From contig JBBIGR010000003.1 in assembly GCA_037447435.1 (NCBI GenBank), positions 96,001-160,000 of the forward strand: 64,000 nt of DNA, given 5' to 3'. Below the pieces are notes generated by a model. The model was not told the DNA's origin. It did no database searches and was given only the letters and a program-made list of their open reading frames with translations. Within the stretch, counting starts at the first letter, position 1. Every line of letters starts with the position of its first letter. A program made the position numbers and the translations under genes. The DNA comes from Fibrobacteria bacterium (GTDB lineage: Bacteria; Fibrobacterota; Chitinivibrionia; Chitinivibrionales; FEN-1185). Positions 30,615 through 40,024 of this stretch are shown piece after piece.

Positions 30615-32138
30615 ATGACAACCGAAAATACTAATTCCGAAATAGCAAATAACATTCAAGATTCCATACGTACTATGCTGTTCGGATCGTTGCAGGAAGG
30701 CGTCGTTATATGCGATTCCAGTGCAAAAATTGCATATATCAACATGGCGGCGGAAGCCATACTCGAGCTTTATGGGGGCGCGGCAATCGGAAGAGACATA
30801 AGCCAGGTGTACGTTACGCTGTATGAGGCGGGGCGATCGCCGAGCGAAAACACTTGCAGGAAAGTCCTGGAAACTCGCCTGGCAAAACAAAATAAACGGT
30901 TGCTGATTTGTATCGGCCAAGGAGGAAAGGAGCATTTGGTTTTCGAAAGTGCGGCGCCGCTTTTCGACGATAAAAATAATTTTTCCGGCGTAATTCTTAT
31001 AATACGCGATGTTTCGGACATTATAAACGAAGTTCGCGTCCCCCATAAGATGGAGTCTTTTAAAACTCTGGCAGGAGGAATGGCCAACGACTTCAATAAC
31101 CTGTTAACGGTCATTACCAATTCGCTTTTCATGGCACGTTTGGACCTGGACAGCAAAAGTGAAAAATATCAGATTCTATTAAGTGCCGAAAAAGCGGCGG
31201 TTCAGGCGAATGCCCTGACAAATCAGTTGCTGTCCATAGCCGGCGGCGGCCGTCCGGTGATGACCGAAATCGATTTACGAAATGTAATATCCGAGGCAGC
31301 TGGGTTCATCATCACCGATAATGCCGTTGATTACGATATCACGTTCGACGACAATTTAGCATTGGTGCATGCCGATAGGGGAATGATAGATCAGGCAATC
31401 GGAAATGTGATCAAAAATGCAGTGCAGGCACTTCCCGACGGCGGAGAAATCAAAATGAATGTTGCCAATGTCAGTGTCGACTCCAGTATGCCGTTGCCAC
31501 TTTCCGACGGAGAATATGTCAAGGTTTCAATATGGGATAACGGCAAAGGAATCCCAAGCGACCTGCGGGAACGAGTATTTGACCCGTTCTTTACGACCCG
31601 GTTGAACGGCCACGGCCTCGGATTATCGCTTGCGTATGCGGCAATACGACAACACGGCGGGCATATTACGGTAGATTCCGGCGAATCGGGCACCTCGGTA
31701 TGTTTATATTTGCCAAGCATAAAAGCGCAATCCGCAAAACCGCAAAAAAGTCCGTTTAAAGGCAGAATCTTGTTTATGGACGATGAAGAAATGGTACGGA
31801 GAAGCGCGCAAAGGATTCTCGAATATCTCGGCTTTTACGTTGAGCTTGCGACAGACGGCGATCAGGCCCTGGAGTTGTACAAAAAATCAATAAGCGACAA
31901 GAAACCCTTCGATATCGTATTGCTGGATTTGATCGTTGATTTTGGGAGAGGCGGGAAGGAAATTGTAAACGACCTTCTTGCGTTGAATCCGAATGCCAAC
32001 GTGATCATCTCCTCCGGATACGTCAGCGATCCGGTTGTTGTTGATTATACGGAATACGGCTTTAAAGGAGCTATCGGAAAGCCCTACAATATTTCCGAAC
32101 TTAATGCGCTGCTTTCAAAATTCGTAGTGACCGAATAG
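30615..32138 (+). CDS. PAS-HisKA-HATPase-REC hybrid sensor kinase-like protein (phospho-His replaced by Asn)
   Basis: PAS region, GGMANDFNNLL, DNGKGI, FDPFFTT, GHGLGL, C-terminal receiver (MDDEE, LLD, KPY). Confidence 0.88.
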   Translation: MTTENTNSEIANNIQDSIRTMLFGSLQEGVVICDSSAKIAYINMAAEAILELYGGAAIGRDISQVYVTLYEAGRSPSENTCRKVLETRLAKQNKRLLICIGQGGKEHLVFESAAPLFDDKNNFSGVILIIRDVSDIINEVRVPHKMESFKTLAGGMANDFNNLLTVITNSLFMARLDLDSKSEKYQILLSAEKAAVQANALTNQLLSIAGGGRPVMTEIDLRNVISEAAGFIITDNAVDYDITFDDNLALVHADRGMIDQAIGNVIKNAVQALPDGGEIKMNVANVSVDSSMPLPLSDGEYVKVSIWDNGKGIPSDLRERVFDPFFTTRLNGHGLGLSLAYAAIRQHGGHITVDSGESGTSVCLYLPSIKAQSAKPQKSPFKGRILFMDDEEMVRRSAQRILEYLGFYVELATDGDQALELYKKSISDKKPFDIVLLDLIVDFGRGGKEIVNDLLALNPNANVIISSGYVSDPVVVDYTEYGFKGAIGKPYNISELNALLSKFVVTE

Positions 32139-32142
32139 GTCA

Positions 32143-32385
32143 TTACGCGCCGCCGCAACATCCACCGCCCGCACCGCACGCTGTTGCGCCCGGGCATCCG
32201 CTGCCGGTATGGCAAGCAGGGTTGCTCGTTATTTTCCCCATGCCGATTCCGCCGACGCGCGACATGAGTTTCTGCGTGTCTGTCGATCGGCATTTTGGGC
32301 AAGGAAATGTGTCGTTTGTAACTTGATGAACGATTTCTTCAAAATTAGTTCCGCATTTTAAACATTCATATTCATAAATCGGCAT
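32143..32385 (-). CDS. FmdB-family zinc ribbon protein
   Basis: MPIYEYECLKC...CPKC, Cys/Gly-rich tail. Confidence 0.9.
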   Translation of the reverse strand: MPIYEYECLKCGTNFEEIVHQVTNDTFPCPKCRSTDTQKLMSRVGGIGMGKITSNPACHTGSGCPGATACGAGGGCCGGA

Positions 32386-32545
32386 TGTCGTCCCCTTTAC
32401 GGGTTAATGGTTATTTAGCATCGAACATTTAAAAATACATCAATTCATTACGCTTGCCGGACGTACTTATTTTAAAGGGCTTGTTAATAGGCGAGAAAGT
32501 ATTTTTTGTTCAGGTGACAAAGCCCTTATTTAAAAAGGAGATGCA

Positions 32546-33829
32546 ATGTTAACCACATTTTTTACACAGATCGTGGATACTTTTATTGCGATGGCGCCAT
32601 ATTTGTTGATAGGACTGTTTTTCTCTGGTATTCTTCATGTTTTTATTAATAAAGATCTGATAATAAAGCATTTGGGCGGCAATACTGTTTCTTCCGTTAT
32701 TAAAGCCGCTGTTTTCGGAATTCCGTTGCCGTTATGTTCTTGCGGAGTTTTACCCGTAGCCATGTCGCTTAGAAAACGAAACGCATCAAATGGCGCGACC
32801 GTATCATTTTTGATATCCACGCCGCAAACCGGGATAGACAGCATTGTGGCAACCTGGGGCTTACTCGGACCGGTTTTTGCCATCTTTCGTCCGATTGCGG
32901 CACTTGTCATGGGGATAACGGGCGGTTTGATCACCAATTTATTCTCTGTCAAGGCTCAAACGAACGATAAGGAAAAAAATAACCGCTTCGAATGCAGCGT
33001 ATGCTATGAAGTCGAACCTCATTCCCATCCGTTTTTTGAAAAAATCGTGCGTGTGTTTACCTATGCGTACAGAGATTTCTTCGACGACATATCTGCACAT
33101 TTGGCTTTGGGTGTCGTCATTTCCGGTGCGATTGGATTTTTGATCCCTCCGGATTTTTTCCAAAAATACGTAAACAACGAATTTGCCTCCATGCTTCTCA
33201 TGGTACTTCTAGGTATCCCGATGTATACATGCGTAACCGCTTCGATTCCCGTTGCCGTTGCCTTGATGCTCAAAGGACTTTCTCCCGGTGCGGCGTTTGT
33301 GTTCCTTACCGTCGGACCTGCAACTAATTTCGCATTTATCACCGTTATTGCCCAGGTTATGGGAAAGAAAATTTTGACCGTGTATTTGGGTACCCTTGCC
33401 TTGTTATCTATTGCCGCAGGATATGCCTTGAATGCGATTTTTGCAATTACGGGAAAGCAATCCCTTACCTTACTGCTTACGCAGCATTTCTGCGGGCATA
33501 CCGCGTTATGGGAAAACATCCTGTCGGGCGTATTTTTAATTGTCCTTATTCTTTCGTTTTACCGCCTCGTTCGGCCGTATGTTTTAAAGCTCATTGGCAA
33601 ATCCGGGCCCGATACTCATAGAAAAGATTGCTGTTCGATTGAAATTGAAGGCATGACTTGCAATAATTGCGCAAGAACGGTCACCGAATCGCTAAAAAAA
33701 GTAGAGGGCGTTTCCGCCGTGGATGTTGATTTGGATAAAAAAAGTGCGCTCGTGCAGGGTTCAGCGGATTTTGTCGCCCTTAAAAAAGCCGTTGAAGCCG
33801 CAGGATTTTCTTTAAGGGAAAAAAAATAA
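32546..33829 (+). CDS. metal permease (ArsP/SO_0444 type) with C-terminal HMA domain
   Basis: PLPLCSCGV, STPQTG, PMYTC, GMTCNNC. Confidence 0.88.
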   Translation: MLTTFFTQIVDTFIAMAPYLLIGLFFSGILHVFINKDLIIKHLGGNTVSSVIKAAVFGIPLPLCSCGVLPVAMSLRKRNASNGATVSFLISTPQTGIDSIVATWGLLGPVFAIFRPIAALVMGITGGLITNLFSVKAQTNDKEKNNRFECSVCYEVEPHSHPFFEKIVRVFTYAYRDFFDDISAHLALGVVISGAIGFLIPPDFFQKYVNNEFASMLLMVLLGIPMYTCVTASIPVAVALMLKGLSPGAAFVFLTVGPATNFAFITVIAQVMGKKILTVYLGTLALLSIAAGYALNAIFAITGKQSLTLLLTQHFCGHTALWENILSGVFLIVLILSFYRLVRPYVLKLIGKSGPDTHRKDCCSIEIEGMTCNNCARTVTESLKKVEGVSAVDVDLDKKSALVQGSADFVALKKAVEAAGFSLREKK

Positions 33830-33926
33830 CTCGCATGGGACAAGTTTATTTTACAGGCTATTTACGCGAAAAGCGTAGACGATAGTACCAATTTAACGGA
33901 TGTATAATTCATATAAAGGTTTCACA

Positions 33927-36617
33927 ATGTCCGATAAAAAGCTTTTTCTCGTCGATGGCCATGCCATCGCGTATCGTGCGTATTTTGCATTCATTAAAAA
34001 CCCGCTCACCAATGCCGCAGGCCAGCCAACCGGTGCGGTTTTCGGATTTGCCAACTATCTCCTTCGTTTGATTTCCGAATATCAATGCCCGTATATGGCG
34101 GTCGTTTTCGACAGCGAAGTTCCCACGTTTCGCCACGAAATGTACGCCGAATACAAGGCGAACAGGGAAGAAATGCCCGACGATTTGAAGTCGCAAATAC
34201 CTCTCATCCATAAACTCGTCGATTTGTTGAATATCACCGCACTAAAGCAGGGCGGACTCGAAGCCGACGATATCATTGCGCATATGACAAGACGGGCGGT
34301 TCAAAACGGGTTCGAAGTCTTCATTGTAACGCGCGACAAAGACCTTATGCAATTGATCGATGATAAAAACGTCCGCATGCTTTCGTTCGAAAGCTCTGGA
34401 AGCATCGAAGTTTTCGGGCCCGAGCAGGTGAAAGAAAAAATGGGCGTCGGTCCGAACCAAATTAGAGACCTGTTGGCCTTAATGGGGGACTCTTCCGACA
34501 ATATTCCCGGCGTACCCGGCGTTGGCCCCAAAACAGCACAGAAAATCCTTGAAAAAGCGGGTTCGATAGAGGCATTGCTCCAAAATCCGTCCATAGTCGA
34601 AAATCCGAAATTGCAGGCGAAAATCGAAGAAAACCGCGACGCTCTTATATTGTCCCGAAATCTTGCGACTCTTCATTTCGACGTCGAATACGAAGTTCCT
34701 TTCGAACACTGTTTGTTAAAGCCTGTCAAGAAAGCCGAATGCCTGGATTTTTTCAGGGAAATGGAATTCAATTCCCTTTTGAAAAACCCGATGTTTTCTT
34801 TGGAAAAAAGCCTGGATTTTTCCGTTTCGGTCCCTACGTCTATCATCGAGGTTGAGGCCTTTGCAAAGCGTATTGAAAATGCCGGGTTTGTTTCGATAGA
34901 TACCGAAACAACCAGTCTTGTTTCTCACGGGGCAAAACTTGTCGGGATTGCTCTGTCCGTCGGCACGACAGACGCACTGTACATCCCTGTCGGCCATACC
35001 CATAATGGGGGGCAGGGAAATTTAAATATGGACCAGGTTCTGGAAACGTTACGGCCTGTTCTTGAAAGTAAAAGTATAAAAAAAATAGGGCAGAACCTCA
35101 AATACGATTTTCAGATTTTCAAAGGCCACGGAATTTACCTCGCGAATCTGCATTTCGATACCATGATCGCGGCGTATGTCATGGATCCCGGGAAACGCAA
35201 TTTCAGTCTCGACGCCATGGCCGCGCAATGGCTCAATGCAACAACCACGCCCATCGAATCGCTTATCGGCAAAGGAAAAAGTCAGATCGGCTTCGATGAA
35301 GTGCCGATTACCATTGCGGCAAAGTATTCGGGAGAAGATGTGATTATCCCCTTATTGCTGCAGGACGTTTTTGTCCCGGTTTTAACCGAGCAGGCACAAC
35401 TGAAATTGTTTCATGAAATCGAAATGCCGCTCGTTTCGGTGCTTGCAGAAATGGAATGGAAAGGCGTAGTCATCGATACCGCGCTTCTTTCGCAGTTATC
35501 CTCCCATTATACGGCAAAATTGGCGGAAATCTCAGCGGATTTGTTTGCTATGGCAGGGGGTGAATTCAACATCAATTCGCCAAAGCAGGTCAGCGAAATA
35601 TTATTTACAAAACTTGGGCTTCCCAAATCAAAAAAAACCAAAACCGGCCTTTCCACCGATGTTGATGCGTTGGAAAAGCTGCAAGGTGCGCACCCGATCA
35701 TAGGCAAATTGCTCGAGTATCGGGAGTCTCAGAAACTTCTTTCCACCTACATCGATGCGCTTGGCCCGCAAATATCGCCGGAAACATCCCGTCTGCATAC
35801 GTCCTTCAACCAGACCGTTGCGGCAACCGGAAGGCTTTCCAGCAACGGCCCGAATTTGCAGAATATTCCCATCCGTACAGATGCGGGGAAAAAAATCAGA
35901 GAAGCCTTCGTCGCGCCGGCAGATCATCTGTTGATTTCTGCGGATTATTCGCAAATCGAGTTACGGATTTTGGCGCATGTATCCAAGGATCCGTTCTTGA
36001 TGCAATCGTTTCACGACGACAAGGACATCCACACGCAAACAGCATCAGCGATGTACGGCGTTTTTCCCGAAATGGTGACGTCCCAAATGCGGCGCGCGGC
36101 AAAAACCATTAATTTCGGTCTCATGTACGGTATGGGTCCGATCAATTTATCGCGGCAGCTCGGTATTTCGTTCAAAGAGGCGCAGGAATTCATTGCCACA
36201 TATTTCAGGCAATTCCCGACAATCAAGAAATACATGGTGTCGAGCGTCGAAACCGCACGGCAAAACGGATATTCCGAAACTTTGTTGGGACGCAGGAGAC
36301 TGGTGCCGGAAATCGATTCAACGAACAGGCAGGTGAGGGAGGCTGCGGAACGCGTGGCGATCAATACGCCTATTCAGGGAACGGCTGCCGACATCATTAA
36401 AATCGCGATGGTCAATGTGGCTGCAAAAAAGTCGGAAATAGGTTTTGATTTTAGCATGCTTTTGCAGGTGCATGATGAATTGATTTTCGAGGTGCATCAG
36501 GAAAATGCGCAAACTCTTTTATCGTGGGTTACAAATATTATGAGCAGTGCGTATAAATTGGATGTCCCGTTGAAAGTTGATGCGAGCATAGGAAAGAACT
36601 GGAGCGAAGCGCATTGA
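33927..36617 (+). CDS. polA: DNA polymerase I
   Basis: 5'-3' exo (LVDG, EADD, GDSSDNIPG), 3'-5' exo DTETT, DYSQIELR, QVHDEL. Confidence 0.98.
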   Translation: MSDKKLFLVDGHAIAYRAYFAFIKNPLTNAAGQPTGAVFGFANYLLRLISEYQCPYMAVVFDSEVPTFRHEMYAEYKANREEMPDDLKSQIPLIHKLVDLLNITALKQGGLEADDIIAHMTRRAVQNGFEVFIVTRDKDLMQLIDDKNVRMLSFESSGSIEVFGPEQVKEKMGVGPNQIRDLLALMGDSSDNIPGVPGVGPKTAQKILEKAGSIEALLQNPSIVENPKLQAKIEENRDALILSRNLATLHFDVEYEVPFEHCLLKPVKKAECLDFFREMEFNSLLKNPMFSLEKSLDFSVSVPTSIIEVEAFAKRIENAGFVSIDTETTSLVSHGAKLVGIALSVGTTDALYIPVGHTHNGGQGNLNMDQVLETLRPVLESKSIKKIGQNLKYDFQIFKGHGIYLANLHFDTMIAAYVMDPGKRNFSLDAMAAQWLNATTTPIESLIGKGKSQIGFDEVPITIAAKYSGEDVIIPLLLQDVFVPVLTEQAQLKLFHEIEMPLVSVLAEMEWKGVVIDTALLSQLSSHYTAKLAEISADLFAMAGGEFNINSPKQVSEILFTKLGLPKSKKTKTGLSTDVDALEKLQGAHPIIGKLLEYRESQKLLSTYIDALGPQISPETSRLHTSFNQTVAATGRLSSNGPNLQNIPIRTDAGKKIREAFVAPADHLLISADYSQIELRILAHVSKDPFLMQSFHDDKDIHTQTASAMYGVFPEMVTSQMRRAAKTINFGLMYGMGPINLSRQLGISFKEAQEFIATYFRQFPTIKKYMVSSVETARQNGYSETLLGRRRLVPEIDSTNRQVREAAERVAINTPIQGTAADIIKIAMVNVAAKKSEIGFDFSMLLQVHDELIFEVHQENAQTLLSWVTNIMSSAYKLDVPLKVDASIGKNWSEAH

Positions 36618-36620
36618 AAC

Positions 36621-36649
36621 CGTTGAGAAGTTGAGAAAAATTCTCAACG
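36621..36649. terminator. hairpin between convergent genes
   Basis: CGTTGAGAA/TTCTCAACG. Confidence 0.45.
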
Positions 36650-36665
36650 ATTTCAATATATAGAT

Positions 36666-38843
36666 TTACTTGCAGCACCTAAATCCCACATACGGGAATC
36701 CCTGGCCGGCATTCATCTCCAGTCTCGACGAACAGGTCGCTTTGTCGGGAGGTAATAGCCACGAGCCGCCGTAAGCATATGCCATGCCTTTCTTTTGCGG
36801 AGAAACCCATTCGGCGACGTTGCCGTTCATGTCCATGGCTCCCGATGCCGCAACGCAATCCTCGAACGAACCGCTTTGCGAAATATGATTCGGCGAATCG
36901 TTGGTGGCAAGTGAATTGCAAACCTGACCGGTATATTGCGAAGTGGCTGTCGGATATTGCTGTTTTTTCGTTCCGCTGCATGCGGTCTCCCATTCGTCTG
37001 CCGTACAAAGCCTTTTGTTTTCCTTTTTACATTGGGCCTCAGCCTCGGCATACGCGAGGTTTTGCACCGGCACCTGGCCTTTTGCATTCGGGAATTCATA
37101 CTTGTCTATGCAGAACGGTCCTTCTTTGATGCCGATCATGCCTTGGGGGCAAATAACCACTTTGAGGGAATCGGTTGCGGTTGCGCCGGATTCTCCTGTG
37201 ACCCGAAGAACCGGTTTCGCATAATCGACAAAGGTGTGCCGCACCGTGCCCGTCTTGTCGGATTTCCAATCGTATTTGCCGTCGCCGTCAAAATCCCATT
37301 CATAAAGAATAATCTTCCCGGCGGTCGTGACTCCTTTACCTGCCAATTCGACTTCCGAGCCTTTGTGCGATAAAAAGCTTTTCGGCGCAATCGCCTTGGG
37401 AGGCTGGGTGGGCGAAACGGTGAGAGCCACGGTGTCGAACCATTCTCTTTTGTCGGTAGTCGTGACTTTGATGACCGGATGTACGATACCCGCTTTGCTT
37501 ATTGCAAATGACGCTTTTGCCGAGACCGGAGACGAAAAATCGTATTTGCCGTCGCCGTCGAAATCCCAGCTGATTTGTTCCACTTTTGTATGTCGGGCGG
37601 TTATTTCCGCGTCGAATTGAGTGGCAACCAGGGCCTGTGATTGTTTGGGTACCATTGGCTTAATTACCACGGCACGGGAAATTATAGTGATGGTTCTTGA
37701 TAAAACTGCGGTATTGCCGTTGCGGGCGATTGCTTTACATGAGATTTTGTAAACCCCGTTTTTTTTAAATTCATATTGTTGCACCGGTTTGTCCTGTTTC
37801 AGCTCATACACGCCGTCACCGTTGAAGTCCCAATCGTATTCCGCAATTTCCGACGGCGGATACGATGTTTGGCATGATGCGGTGAATGGAATCTCGGCCA
37901 AGGCCGTGTCGGGTACTGCCAAAAGAATTACTTTGAATTCCGGTGTCATGGGAATTTCGGCAATTGCTTTGGATGTGAGTCCTGCTTCGTCTTTTATTTG
38001 CAAGGCGACTCTAAAAGGGCCTGCGCCGCTTAAGTGTTTTGTGGCGATTGTCGATGAAGTAAATCCGTTGTTTGCGGGGAAATCCCAGGTTCCATTGTTG
38101 TCAAGGTCCCATCGGCATGAAAACGATTTTTTGCCCAAAGTACTGACCGTGCTGTTATGGGCATCCAGCGTACAGAGCGAGCCGGCAATGGGCAGGGCGG
38201 GCCTAATTTCGATTGCGGCAGACGGCGGGACGCGCACCATAAGCTTTCCCTCCGCAATAGCGGTACGCCGGTCTTTTGCCTGGGCTTGGACAACCACCGT
38301 ATATATTCCTTCATTGTCGAATTTGTGGCCCACGATTGCCTTTTTGTCAAACGAATTGTTGTTCGGATAATCCCAAACGCCGTCGCCTTCAAAATCAAAA
38401 CGGAATTCGAGTTGCGAAGAGGTATCAAGCAGATCCCGGGATTTCGACGCGTCGAAAAATACGCTGTCGCCCGGCTGCGCAAATCCCGAAAACTCCAAAG
38501 CGACTTTTATTGACGCTGTGGTCGCTTGTTGTTGGACAGCCGGTTGCGCCACAGGAGTCTGTACGGCAACTTGCTCAGATACAATCGGTTTGCCGGATTT
38601 TGTCTCCCGGGAAGCGCGTTTATTACCAACTGGGGCCGATTTCACAAAAGCCGCATTGACGGAATCTGTCGGCAGCGGCGCTTTCACGGAATCGTTGACA
38701 GCCGGTATTGTCTGAGCCTGTTTTTCAACGGGAGCCGGTTTTTCAGCCGAAGGTGGAATATTTTGTTTTTGCTGGCAGGCAAAAATAAACAAGGCCAAAA
38801 TTGACAATCTTGATGCGATTCGGCATATTCGTGAGTTTAACAA
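36666..38843 (-). CDS. lipoprotein with tandem PKD domains and C-terminal FGE-sulfatase (SUMF1-like) domain
   Basis: lipobox-like IFAC, five WDFDGDG-like repeats, KRLCTADEWE, DMNGNVAEWV, GFRCC; GGAGG RBS before TTG 38843. Confidence 0.85.
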   Translation of the reverse strand: MLNSRICRIASRLSILALFIFACQQKQNIPPSAEKPAPVEKQAQTIPAVNDSVKAPLPTDSVNAAFVKSAPVGNKRASRETKSGKPIVSEQVAVQTPVAQPAVQQQATTASIKVALEFSGFAQPGDSVFFDASKSRDLLDTSSQLEFRFDFEGDGVWDYPNNNSFDKKAIVGHKFDNEGIYTVVVQAQAKDRRTAIAEGKLMVRVPPSAAIEIRPALPIAGSLCTLDAHNSTVSTLGKKSFSCRWDLDNNGTWDFPANNGFTSSTIATKHLSGAGPFRVALQIKDEAGLTSKAIAEIPMTPEFKVILLAVPDTALAEIPFTASCQTSYPPSEIAEYDWDFNGDGVYELKQDKPVQQYEFKKNGVYKISCKAIARNGNTAVLSRTITIISRAVVIKPMVPKQSQALVATQFDAEITARHTKVEQISWDFDGDGKYDFSSPVSAKASFAISKAGIVHPVIKVTTTDKREWFDTVALTVSPTQPPKAIAPKSFLSHKGSEVELAGKGVTTAGKIILYEWDFDGDGKYDWKSDKTGTVRHTFVDYAKPVLRVTGESGATATDSLKVVICPQGMIGIKEGPFCIDKYEFPNAKGQVPVQNLAYAEAEAQCKKENKRLCTADEWETACSGTKKQQYPTATSQYTGQVCNSLATNDSPNHISQSGSFEDCVAASGAMDMNGNVAEWVSPQKKGMAYAYGGSWLLPPDKATCSSRLEMNAGQGFPYVGFRCCK

Positions 38844-38993
38844 CGTTACCTCCAAGGAATCCGTTATAAGGATATATACGAACATTATACCGATTCGAAT
38901 CGAAAATAGTCAAGATGCGTTTGTGGAACATTACAGTGAACCCATCCGATACGGTTTATCGCTGGCATCAAATCAACCTGAATAACACGTCTA

Positions 38994-39995
38994 TTGACTT
39001 CTGTTATTAATGGAGCTATTTTACTGACAATTTACAAAATGACTAATGACCAATCAAAGGACCGGGCAATAGTGTATACCCTGATTAAAAACAACATGTT
39101 AGCGTTCGTTTTTGTTGTCGGAATTCATTTTTTGTGTTTTGCTGCCTCGTCTCGGGAATCGATGGCCGTGTCGGATCTTTCTGCTCAAGGCGTCAGTCAA
39201 TCCGATGCCTCGATCATATCCGACCGTCTGCGCAACGCGCTTTTTGTCAATGGTGTCTTCACGGTAGTAGAACGGTCGCAGATGGAGCAGATTCTCAAAG
39301 AACAAGGATTTCAACAGTCGGGTTGCACGTCCGATGCCTGCGCCGTTGAAGCCGGTCAATTGCTTGGTGTACAATATATAACGGTCGGTTCGGTCGGACT
39401 GATCGGAAAAACCTATACGCTCAATGTGCGGTTGATCGATGTGAGAACCGGCCGCATCATCCGTATTGCATCGGATGATTGCAAAGGCGAAATAGAAAAT
39501 CTTCTCACGAAATCCGTCGCAAAAATCGCGGATCAGCTTTCCAAGGTTGTCCAGGAAACTGCTGCGCACGGGCAAGCCTCACTGTCAACGAACAATCCTG
39601 GTGAGGTTTCCACGCCACAGTCCCCATCTTCCTCGGCAAACAACGGTCAGGCACAAATCAATTCAGGTACGCAGTCCAATTCCGCCTTTGCTCATTCGGA
39701 AATGAAAAAGGTTCCCAAGAGCCGTATTGTCTTGAAAATCCTTTCCGGGTCGGCCGCGGTGTGCGCAGTTGGTGCAGGCCTTTATTTCAACAATGCGGTC
39801 GCGATGCAGGCATCCAAGAGCAACGATCTTCGAAGTCAATACATAACCGCAGGCGGCACCATGGATGATAACGCCTACCTGTCACAAGCGAAAACATACA
39901 GCGACAAGGCAAAAACATATTCCAATTACCGGGCGATTTCATACATAGCAGCGGGGCTTTGCGCGGCGGGGTTTACGCTGACGTTCATTTTCTGA
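38994..39995 (+). CDS. CsgG/HfaB/TolB-N-like domain protein with C-terminal hydrophobic segments
   Basis: FTVVERSQMEQILKEQGFQQSGC...CAVEAGQLLG, RLIDVRTG; start uncertain. Confidence 0.75.
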   Translation: MTSVINGAILLTIYKMTNDQSKDRAIVYTLIKNNMLAFVFVVGIHFLCFAASSRESMAVSDLSAQGVSQSDASIISDRLRNALFVNGVFTVVERSQMEQILKEQGFQQSGCTSDACAVEAGQLLGVQYITVGSVGLIGKTYTLNVRLIDVRTGRIIRIASDDCKGEIENLLTKSVAKIADQLSKVVQETAAHGQASLSTNNPGEVSTPQSPSSSANNGQAQINSGTQSNSAFAHSEMKKVPKSRIVLKILSGSAAVCAVGAGLYFNNAVAMQASKSNDLRSQYITAGGTMDDNAYLSQAKTYSDKAKTYSNYRAISYIAAGLCAAGFTLTFIF

Positions 39996-40024
39996 CAACA
40001 GGGTATCTTATCCAAGGACAACGA

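Noticed and set aside
36666..36900. FGE-fold C-terminus as a diversity-generating retroelement target
   Set aside because: No template repeat and no reverse transcriptase seen in the window
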